In this document: one piece after another, positions 16,553-23,184 of the stretch
Position numbering within the stretch: position 1 is the first letter of the stretch
How the letters are laid out: every line of letters starts with the position of its first letter
From: Candidatus Methanoperedens sp.
Lineage (GTDB): Archaea > Halobacteriota > Methanosarcinia > Methanosarcinales > Methanoperedenaceae
Length of the DNA: 24,000 nt
Assembly: GCA_030650845.1 (NCBI GenBank)
Contig: JAUSDC010000219.1
Span: forward strand, 441-24,440
Direction of reading: 5' to 3'
Notes under the pieces: generated by a model
What the model was told of the DNA's origin: nothing
Seen by the model: the letters and a program-made list of their open reading frames with translations, nothing else
The model's database searches: none
Translations under genes and position numbers: made by a program

Positions 16553-16555
16553 ATC

Positions 16556-17716
16556 GTGACAAAAGACTTGTTTAATATTAATATTGGCTATGCATCTTTA
16601 AAAAACCCCATTGCTACTGCTCCATTGGCAGGAATTACGGATTCAAAGTTCGCTTCAAAGTTCAGTAATGCAGGATTAATAGTACTTGGTGGCTATAATC
16701 TGGATAAGAGGACGAATGAAGCTGCCAGAAAAGAAGTGGCGCGAGGTAGAAATGAATTTGTTTCAGACGATCCGATGAATTTCCTGGAACAAGAACTTAC
16801 TGGTTCCAGGGATTTAACGACCATCGCAGTTAACGTGCGCGCAGCATCACTTGAACCTTATGTTCAGGCAGCTCACCTTGTAAAAACATATGGTGCGATA
16901 CTTGAAATTAACGCACACTGCAGGCAGCCTGAGATGGTAGAACTTGGTGCAGGAGAGGCTCTGTTAAGAGATGTGCCCAGATTGTGTGAATATATCAGAG
17001 AAATCAAAAAAACCGGTGTTGTGCTTTCTGTCAAGACAAGAGCCAACGTGGTGAACGATGTAGAGTTGGCAAAGGCGATCGAGAAAGCTGGAGCTGATAT
17101 CATCCATATTGATGCAATGCACCCCCAGGGTGTTGATATCGGTGTGATCAAACGCATCCGTAATTCCACAGATCTGTTCATCATAGGTAACAATTCAGTT
17201 GTTGATCTTGAAAGCGCAAAAGAGATGTTCTCACATGGTGCAGATATGGTTTCTGTTGCTCGCGGTGTTCTTGAAGGGATATCATCCCATGAGGCGACAG
17301 TACACGGTCCTGGTTTGCATGGTCCGGGTCTTATTGACCATCTTGTGGATGAGATAAGCGCTATCCAGTCCATGACCGGATGGTACAATGCACCAAAGCA
17401 TATCTGCGGGGGAGGAGACCTGAGGGCTCTTGCTTTCTGCTGCCTTCCTGTAAAGGACTGCGCTTTGCATGGAGCCCTCAAGCAGGCTGGCATCAGTGCA
17501 GAAGAGTTCATGAAGCTCAAGATGGACTTTACAAGGGGGACACCCCTTGAGCCAGGAAATGGGACCTGTTTCGGGAGCATGGCATGGTGCTGCAAGATCA
17601 CAAAACCCTGTTTTTTGAGGGATTCGGCTCTTACATCGACCAGGCTTTCTGATGTTGATTATATGAAGCTTAAGAAGAAATTGTCTGAATATATAATGAA
17701 GAAGAGGAAGAAATGA
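16556..17716 (+). CDS. DUS-like FMN TIM-barrel domain fused to a methanogenesis marker 9 Cys-rich domain
   Basis: The N-terminal ~240 aa resemble dihydrouridine-synthase/DHOD-type barrels (PLAGITD, ILEINAHCRQPE, IGNNSV, GADMVSVARG). The C-terminal ~95 aa hold exactly eight Cys, including two copies of [FW]CCxxxKxC (FCCLPVKDC, WCCKITKPC). This matches my recollection of the marker-9 domain description. GTG start with SD. Confidence 0.7.
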   Translation: MTKDLFNINIGYASLKNPIATAPLAGITDSKFASKFSNAGLIVLGGYNLDKRTNEAARKEVARGRNEFVSDDPMNFLEQELTGSRDLTTIAVNVRAASLEPYVQAAHLVKTYGAILEINAHCRQPEMVELGAGEALLRDVPRLCEYIREIKKTGVVLSVKTRANVVNDVELAKAIEKAGADIIHIDAMHPQGVDIGVIKRIRNSTDLFIIGNNSVVDLESAKEMFSHGADMVSVARGVLEGISSHEATVHGPGLHGPGLIDHLVDEISAIQSMTGWYNAPKHICGGGDLRALAFCCLPVKDCALHGALKQAGISAEEFMKLKMDFTRGTPLEPGNGTCFGSMAWCCKITKPCFLRDSALTSTRLSDVDYMKLKKKLSEYIMKKRKK

Positions 17717-17752
17717 TAATCTTAAAATTCATGCATTTTCCCTTTCCTTCCC

Positions 17753-18136
17753 TCACCCCAGCAATTTCAATATCTTTATCCCAAGCTCGATACATTCCAG
17801 CTTTTCCTTGATCCTGTGAAGATCGGTTTCGTTTTCAAGACCCTCGGAGATCATCTGGATCTTCTTTTTTGTCATTGCTGCGATTTGACTGTCATCAGGT
17901 ATTCTTGACTTGGCTTCTGAAACGCTCTCTTTCTGGTGCCGTCTTTTGAGTGACTCTTGCTCTACTGCAACCTTCTTTTCTTCCTCAGTTACTTGATCAC
18001 ACACGGGGCATAACACTTTTCCCTGGAACCTGAACATTGGGGCTCCACAATCATGTGATTGTGCAAGCATGGTTCCTCCCTTTTCAAGGAGGTTTGTGAT
18101 TTTCTGCATTTTTAGGTTTTCATCGATTTTTGACAT
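17753..18136 (-). CDS. UPF0148-family Zn-ribbon protein (autoantigen p27-like)
   Basis: 127 aa. LLEKGGTMLAQSHDCGAPMFRFQGKVLCPVCD fits the UPF0148/p27 pattern (C..P+F...G...CP.C), followed by an acidic and coiled C-terminal half. Confidence 0.65.
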   Translation of the reverse strand: MSKIDENLKMQKITNLLEKGGTMLAQSHDCGAPMFRFQGKVLCPVCDQVTEEEKKVAVEQESLKRRHQKESVSEAKSRIPDDSQIAAMTKKKIQMISEGLENETDLHRIKEKLECIELGIKILKLLG

Positions 18137-18187
18137 CTGGAATCACCGAAAGTCTTTTCATACAACAGTTCAATTATGCACGGCTTA

Positions 18188-18226
18188 TTTTAAATAGGTA
18201 ATATACATTTTTTAAATAAGTAATAT
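18188..18226. promoter_or_regulatory. Duplicated 17-bp TATA-like element TTTTAAATA(G/A)GTAATAT between the divergent UPF0148 and UPF0147 genes
   Basis: Copies at 18188-18204 and 18210-18226 (16/17 identical, 22-bp register). Each contains TTTAAATA, a good archaeal TATA box. Confidence 0.4.
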
Positions 18227-18236
18227 TAAAGGAGCC

Positions 18237-18512
18237 ATGATCATGCCGCCAAATCCGAACGAAGTAATAAGGCAGTGCATTGGGGTACTTGACCGTATAA
18301 TTAACGACGATTCTGTCCCAAGGAACATTAGACGCAATGCTGAAAGTATGAAAAATACACTTTCCAATGAGAAAGACTCCCCTTCCACACGAGCTGCAAT
18401 GGTTGTTTCCAGACTTGATGATATTGGGAATGACCCAAATGTTCCACTTCATACAAGAACACTTATCTGGGGCCTGTCCAGTCAACTGGAAACAATCCCT
18501 GTTGACAGATAG
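18237..18512 (+). CDS. UPF0147-family archaeal protein
   Basis: 91 aa. DDSVPRNIRRNAE...LDDIGNDPNVPLHTRTLIWGLSSQLE matches the UPF0147 signature as I recall it. SD AAGGAG. The ATG at 18243 has better SD spacing than the one at 18237. Confidence 0.65.
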   Translation: MIMPPNPNEVIRQCIGVLDRIINDDSVPRNIRRNAESMKNTLSNEKDSPSTRAAMVVSRLDDIGNDPNVPLHTRTLIWGLSSQLETIPVDR

Positions 18513-18546
18513 TTTCATTATCATTGGTAAGTGTTGCCCGAACCTA

Positions 18547-18567
18547 CCCCTCTATTTCTTCTGGAGC
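18547..18567 (-). promoter_or_regulatory. ORB1 (origin recognition box, inverted orientation)
   Basis: The minus strand reads CTCCAGAAGAAATAGAGGGGT. With its flanks it is 21/30 identical to ORB2, including the shared extension GGGGTAGG. Confidence 0.65.
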
Positions 18568-18589
18568 TTTTGTATAGTATTGTTTTTGT

Positions 18590-18685
18590 TAAGTTATTTG
18601 AAAAATTAAAGAAATTAATTGATATATTTATATATTAATTTTAAACAGAAACTTTTATATACTGTTAAATACAAAGCAGAACGCA
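18590..18685. other. AT-rich putative duplex unwinding element
   Basis: This ~95-bp stretch is dominated by A/T (e.g. AAAAATTAAAGAAATTAATTGATATATTTATATATTAATTTTAAAC) and is bracketed by oppositely oriented ORBs. Confidence 0.6.
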
Positions 18686-18737
18686 TTGGTTTTAGGGATT
18701 GGATCTATCATCTGCAGTCAATTGGTTTTTCTCGACT

Positions 18738-18758
18738 TCCACACGAAACAAAGGGGTA
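18738..18758 (+). promoter_or_regulatory. ORB2
   Basis: TTCCACACGAAACAAAGGGGT. Close to the crenarchaeal/euryarchaeal ORB consensus TTCCAGTGGAAAC...GGGG(T). Confidence 0.75.
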
Positions 18759-18774
18759 GGGTCTAGCATTCAGT

Positions 18775-18795
18775 TTGAGTGGAAACGAGGGGGTT
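18775..18795 (+). promoter_or_regulatory. ORB3
   Basis: TTTGAGTGGAAACGAGGGGGT. Same spacing and G-string as ORB2. Confidence 0.7.
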
Positions 18796-18901
18796 AGTTG
18801 GAAAACATTGGGGTGTTTTTCTATACACAAAATAAATACTTAAAAAAAACAACGATTGAGTGGCATTATATTTTCATACGATTTTTTGGAACCAATGGGC
18901 T

Positions 18902-18922
18902 TTCCATCGGAAATAAAGGGGT
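18902..18922 (+). promoter_or_regulatory. ORB4, between the likely cdc6 promoter and its start codon
   Basis: TTCCATCGGAAATAAAGGGGT. Identical in length and in the TTCCA / GAAA / AAAGGGGT blocks to ORB2. Confidence 0.7.
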
Positions 18923-18984
18923 CATCACCAAAACTCTTAATACCCATCCTTCCATTGCAGGATGTGTTAAGGAGGGTCGAAGTA

Positions 18985-20226
18985 TTGGATAACGGAACTA
19001 TAACAATAAAGGGTATCTTTGAAGATATGCTGACAATAGTAAATATCTTCGAGAACCGAGAAGTTCTTCGGTCGACATATACACCGGATTATCTTCCACA
19101 CAGAAGTGATCAGGTAAAGGCACTGGCAACAGTGTTAGTTTCTGCATTGCGAGGGGAAACTCCATCGAATGTGTTAATATATGGAAAAACAGGCACCGGA
19201 AAAACTGCTGTTGCAAAACATGTAGGGAAGGAACTTGAAAGGACCGGGGAATTATACGGTATACCGAGTGTGGTGATTTACATTAATTGTGAGGTGGTAG
19301 ATACTCAATACAGACTGCTTGCCTCTCTAGCCAGGCATTTTGATAAAGAGGTTCCCATGACAGGTTGGCCGACTGACCAGGTCTACACAGAATTCAAGAA
19401 TGCGCTGGACTCTGAAAAGCGCATTGCAATAATAATAATGGATGAGGTGGACAAGCTTGTGGATAAGGGCGATGATGTATTATACAATCTCACAAGGATA
19501 AATTCAGACCTCAAAAAGGCGAAGGTCAGCCTTATAGGTATTACAAATGATCTGAAATTCACGGAATTCCTTGATCCAAGGGTAAAAAGCTCTCTCGGTG
19601 AAGAGGAGATCATATTCCCCCCATACGATGCAAATCAGCTCAGGGACATCTTACAGGAAAGAGCAAAAACAGCTTTCAAACCCGGTGTTCTTGAGGAAAG
19701 CGTTATACCACTATGCGCGGCTTATGCTGCACAGGAACATGGAGACGCTAGAAGAGCTCTTGATCTCTTACGCGTTTCAGGTGAACTTTCTGAGCGCTCA
19801 AAATCAGCTAAAGTCCTTGAAATACATGTGAGGCAGGCGCAGGACAAAATAGAGACTGACAGGGTCGTCGAAGTGGTAAAAACCCTTCCAACACAGTCAA
19901 AGCTCGTTCTGCTAAGCGCGGTCATGCTAAACAACGTGGGTGACAGTAACATCACAACAGGTGAAGCATATAACATCTACAAGCAGATGTGCCGTATTAT
20001 AGGGATCGACATACTGACACAGCGGCGAGTGACTGACCTGATATCAGAGTTAGATATGCTTGGCATTCTCAATGCCACGGTTGTAAGTAAAGGCAGGTAT
20101 GGCAGGACAAAAGAAATTTCATTAAGTGTCCCGACAGAAAGTACAAGCAGAGTGCTTTTTGAGGACTACAGGTTAAAACAGCTTGAGGGGTTCAAACCCC
20201 CCAACCAGACCAAACTGTATGCCTGA
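18985..20226 (+). CDS. cdc6: Orc1/Cdc6 replication initiator
   Basis: NREVLRSTYTPDYLPHR, Walker A GKTGTGKTA, Walker B IIIMDEVD, sensor GITND, GDARRALDLLR, and a C-terminal winged helix. The stop is firm. The start is uncertain: TTG at 18985 has AGGAGGG 8 nt upstream and gives MDNGTITIKGIFEDML.., and the ATG at 19027 is the alternative. The track start at 18856 is rejected because it overlaps ORB4. Confidence 0.93.
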   Translation: MDNGTITIKGIFEDMLTIVNIFENREVLRSTYTPDYLPHRSDQVKALATVLVSALRGETPSNVLIYGKTGTGKTAVAKHVGKELERTGELYGIPSVVIYINCEVVDTQYRLLASLARHFDKEVPMTGWPTDQVYTEFKNALDSEKRIAIIIMDEVDKLVDKGDDVLYNLTRINSDLKKAKVSLIGITNDLKFTEFLDPRVKSSLGEEEIIFPPYDANQLRDILQERAKTAFKPGVLEESVIPLCAAYAAQEHGDARRALDLLRVSGELSERSKSAKVLEIHVRQAQDKIETDRVVEVVKTLPTQSKLVLLSAVMLNNVGDSNITTGEAYNIYKQMCRIIGIDILTQRRVTDLISELDMLGILNATVVSKGRYGRTKEISLSVPTESTSRVLFEDYRLKQLEGFKPPNQTKLYA

Positions 20227-20252
20227 TTTTAGGCATGCAGGATTCGGATATT

Positions 20253-20837
20253 TTAGGTCCATAAGTGTTTAATGCAGGCATCATTGCCTCTGGCAGCAAG
20301 AGAAATGCACCCAAGAACAGGAACGCGACTCAGGCGCGCCACACCTGTGACCCATTCTTTTTTCACTGGCTGCAAATAACTGATGCTCCCTTTCTGGTCG
20401 TATGATGGATTGTTATCCCCTTTAGTGATATATCCTGCATGAGGCGCAGGTGGGCCGCCGTTCCACATGGGCTCCCCGGTCTCAACGTAGTACATGGCAC
20501 GATGGATTATGGGTGTTCTACCCCCCATTCCCAAAGGTTTGTACAGTATCACATCCCCATATTTCCCAAATGAAGTGTAATTTTTTTGTGCCCCCTCAAT
20601 GTTGGTAATTACCACTGTTCTATCCATACTTTCCATGAAAATAATATCACCGATCTGAATATTAGGGACCATGCTCTCACTTTCGACTGCAACCATCGGT
20701 GTCCATAGCCCGAATATAACCTGAGAGGCCGAGGAAAAAACAGCGACTACAACAAAAACAAAAATAAGATCCCTGAATAGTCCAGCCCAAAAGCTGTCGC
20801 TATGGTAGAATTTTCTGGTTTTTTCAAGTAGAGACAT
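20253..20837 (-). CDS. Archaeal type I signal peptidase (S26B/SEC11-like)
   Basis: N-terminal TM segment, catalytic Ser box VESESMVP, His box PIIHRAMY, and the conserved KGDNN box (ITKGDNNPSYD). Confidence 0.85.
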   Translation of the reverse strand: MSLLEKTRKFYHSDSFWAGLFRDLIFVFVVVAVFSSASQVIFGLWTPMVAVESESMVPNIQIGDIIFMESMDRTVVITNIEGAQKNYTSFGKYGDVILYKPLGMGGRTPIIHRAMYYVETGEPMWNGGPPAPHAGYITKGDNNPSYDQKGSISYLQPVKKEWVTGVARLSRVPVLGCISLAARGNDACIKHLWT

Positions 20838-20917
20838 TCAGAATATAAATCGTTGCTGAAAGTATAAAGGTTTCCGGGGAAAAATCTTATCCCACTTAAA
20901 ACACATAAGTTGTGGGC

Positions 20918-22393
20918 ATGGAGACTGGTGATATTATACAGATTTTTGCAGAATCCGGATTCCAGGTAGACCCTGTTGCTCTGGATATATTAAAGACCAG
21001 TTCTTCCCCGGAACTGATACAGAAGATTCTCAGCTCAATAGATAGTTCTGTGATCGTTGTCGGGGCAGAGCATATCAGAAGTGCTCCTTCCTCAATACCC
21101 GGGATGGACGGAAATGGACTAACAGCGACAACACCAGAATTAACAATCCCAGTCCAGACGAAATCAACAGCAAGAAAACTTGAGGCGCAACCTGCACAGG
21201 TCACCGTGCTCAAGGATATATCTAACCAGTCCACCTGCATAGGGGAATACACCGATTTCGTGGGGTACTTCAAGGACCGTTACACTTTGCTCGGAGACCT
21301 GCTGCGAAAAAGGATTAGCGCAAGACCTATAGAGAGCCTGAAGAAAAGGAACATGGATACAAGGGAACCACTTTCTGTAATAGGGATGGTTTTGAATAAA
21401 AGGACCACTGCAAAAGGACACAGGCTTATCGATGTAGAAGACAGCACGGGCACCATACCGGTTTTAGTCCACAAAGAAAAAGACAAGGAATTATTCGAAA
21501 TGGCAGGCAGCCTCCTCATGGATGAAGTGATCGGAGTGACAGGAACGCTTTCAGGGGACGGTTCTCTCATGTTCGCAAATAGTGTTATCCGCCCGGATCT
21601 TCCCAACTCACAGATTATCTCAATTGCAAGGGAGAATGCCAGAGGAAAAGCAGTATTTATTTCTGATATCCATGTTGGGAGCAAGACATTCCTGGAAGAT
21701 GCATGGCTTCGGTTCGTGGATTGGCTCGGGGATGATATCGATTATCTCATCATTGCAGGTGATGTGGTCGATGGCATAGGGATATTTCCCGGTCAGGACA
21801 AAGAGCTTGCGATACTTGATATTTATGAACAGTATGCAAAAGCAGCCGAATACCTGAATGCAGTTCCCAGACACATCAAAATGATCATCTCACCCGGGAA
21901 CCATGATGCTGTCAGGCAGGCAGAGCCCCAGCCGTGCTTTCCAGAGAGAATTACACGTCTTTTCAGGAGCGATATTACATTCGTAGGGAACCCCGCAATG
22001 GTGGACATCAAAGGTGTTAAAGTGCTTATTTATCACGGCAGGTCGATGGATGACATAATTGCAGGTACTCATGGCTTTTCCTACGGCGATCCTGCAAAAC
22101 CCATGGCGTCGATGCTCAGGTTCAGGCACCTTTCCCCAATATACGGAGGCAGGGTCTCCATTGCGCCTGAGAAAAAAGATCATTTTGTCATAGACCAGAT
22201 ACCCGATATACTTCACTGCGGTCATGTCCACACGGTCGGAGTATCGCGGTACAAGGGCGTGCTCATGATAAACAGCGGTACATGGCAGAGCCAGACAGAG
22301 TTCCAGAAAAGGATGAATCTTGAGCCCATGCCCGGAAAAGCCACAGTTGTCGACCTTGCAAGTATGGAATATAAAATAAATTCATTTGGTTAA
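20918..22393 (+). CDS. polB: DNA polymerase II (PolD) small subunit DP1
   Basis: N-terminal DP1 domain (IIQIFAESGFQVDPVALDIL), an OB-fold segment, and calcineurin/Mre11-like phosphoesterase motifs FISDIHVGS, IAGDVVDG, PGNHD and HCGHVH. The ATG at 20918 is preferred over the GTG at 20912. Confidence 0.93.
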   Translation: METGDIIQIFAESGFQVDPVALDILKTSSSPELIQKILSSIDSSVIVVGAEHIRSAPSSIPGMDGNGLTATTPELTIPVQTKSTARKLEAQPAQVTVLKDISNQSTCIGEYTDFVGYFKDRYTLLGDLLRKRISARPIESLKKRNMDTREPLSVIGMVLNKRTTAKGHRLIDVEDSTGTIPVLVHKEKDKELFEMAGSLLMDEVIGVTGTLSGDGSLMFANSVIRPDLPNSQIISIARENARGKAVFISDIHVGSKTFLEDAWLRFVDWLGDDIDYLIIAGDVVDGIGIFPGQDKELAILDIYEQYAKAAEYLNAVPRHIKMIISPGNHDAVRQAEPQPCFPERITRLFRSDITFVGNPAMVDIKGVKVLIYHGRSMDDIIAGTHGFSYGDPAKPMASMLRFRHLSPIYGGRVSIAPEKKDHFVIDQIPDILHCGHVHTVGVSRYKGVLMINSGTWQSQTEFQKRMNLEPMPGKATVVDLASMEYKINSFG

Positions 22394-22394
22394 T

Positions 22395-23162
22395 ATGCTG
22401 CAGAACACCTATGTCCACATTCCGAACATTGGAGCAACTACAGAGCTTAAGATCTGGAAATATGGCATAAAAAGCTGGGAAGATTATCTGAAATACCATA
22501 ACATGATAAAGTTGCCAAGGACTAAAAACAGGATTTTGCTTTCAGGAGTTGAGGAATCCATGGCGCAATTGTCTTCAGGTAATCACATATATTTCGCAAG
22601 GAGGATCCCAACAAACCTCCAGTGGAGAGCTTACCGGTATTTCAAAGAAAAAACAGCATATGTAGATATTGAAACCACGGGTCTGTCGCCGCAGAATGAC
22701 CGAATAACCATGATCGGGATCTACAACGGTAAAGAGACAAAAACATATATCCGCGGGATAGATCTTGATGAAGCGCCTGCAGAGCTTGGAAAGTATCAAC
22801 AGCTAATTACCTTTAATGGGGCGCGTTTTGATCTTCCTTTTATTGAACGTGAGTTCCCTGGAACCTGTAACCACATTCATATCGATCTGCTGTATCCCCT
22901 TAAAAAAATAGGATACAGTGGCGGTCTTAAGAAGATCGAATCATCACTCGGGATGAGAAGGAGCGATGAAACATCAGGTATAACAGGATTTGATGCAGTA
23001 AGGTTATGGAACAGATACGAACGTGGTAACAGCGAAGCGCTTGAAACGCTCATTAGATATAATACTGAGGATGTGGTGAACCTCGAAAAAATAATTCAGA
23101 TGACACACCCTAAGATGATCGAGTGTGAGCTGAAGCATTGTATAAATATTCAAACCTTATGA
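22395..23162 (+). CDS. Stand-alone RNase H-fold DEDDy exonuclease-like protein (YprB / PolB-exonuclease-like) with an N-terminal HhH-like segment
   Basis: Exo I YVDIETTGL, Exo II ITFNGARFDLPFI, Exo III IRYNTEDVVNL. N-terminus IPNIGATTELKIWKYGIKSWEDYL. The ATG at 22395 is 1 nt after the DP1 stop (22391-22393). Confidence 0.7.
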   Translation: MLQNTYVHIPNIGATTELKIWKYGIKSWEDYLKYHNMIKLPRTKNRILLSGVEESMAQLSSGNHIYFARRIPTNLQWRAYRYFKEKTAYVDIETTGLSPQNDRITMIGIYNGKETKTYIRGIDLDEAPAELGKYQQLITFNGARFDLPFIEREFPGTCNHIHIDLLYPLKKIGYSGGLKKIESSLGMRRSDETSGITGFDAVRLWNRYERGNSEALETLIRYNTEDVVNLEKIIQMTHPKMIECELKHCINIQTL

Positions 23163-23184
23163 GCACTTTTATCATCTGTGATGA

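Larger units (their letters stand above)
18547..18922. other. Chromosomal replication origin (oriC): four ORB elements plus an AT-rich DNA-unwinding element
   Basis: Four 21-mers fit YTYSA-N3-GAAA-Y-RRRGGGGT. One is on the minus strand left of the AT-rich stretch and three are on the plus strand right of it. The region lies directly upstream of orc1/cdc6. Confidence 0.75.

Noticed and set aside
17303-17332. In-frame tandem duplication HGPGL-HGPGL (CACGGTCCTGGTTTG / CATGGTCCGGGTCTT) in the linker of the marker-9 fusion
   Set aside because: It is real, but the two copies differ by four synonymous substitutions, so it is an old, tolerated linker duplication. It is not a slippage hotspot or an assembly artefact, and it suggests no functional implication.
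16873-17601. 242-aa minus-strand ORF antisense to the marker-9 fusion gene
   Set aside because: It lies entirely inside a well-supported plus-strand gene, has a low-complexity Ser/Pro/Ala-rich translation, and has no SD or promoter. It is a typical shadow ORF.
18421-18507. ORB-like half sites inside the 3' end of the UPF0147 gene (GTTCCACTTC, CAACTGGAAACAATCC)
   Set aside because: They lack the downstream G-string and the full TTCCA-N3-GAAA spacing, and they lie in coding sequence. They probably match the short core by chance.
18799-18816. Possible fifth, degenerate ORB (TTGGAAAACATTGGGGTG) immediately after ORB3
   Set aside because: Only the GGGGT string and a loose GGAAA are shared, and the spacing does not fit the 21-mer pattern of the other four. 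It is too weak to call.
18856-18984. N-terminal extension of the Cdc6 ORF as given in the six-frame track (TTG start at 18856, MSGIIFSYDF...)
   Set aside because: The extension contains ORB4 (18902-18922) and AT-rich promoter-like DNA. It has no similarity to Orc1/Cdc6 N-termini. Better starts with an SD exist at 18985 and 19027.
20896-21273. 125-aa minus-strand ORF overlapping the DP1 N-terminus and the divergent promoter region
   Set aside because: It is antisense to the conserved DP1 N-terminal domain, has no motifs, and would leave no room for the DP1 promoter.
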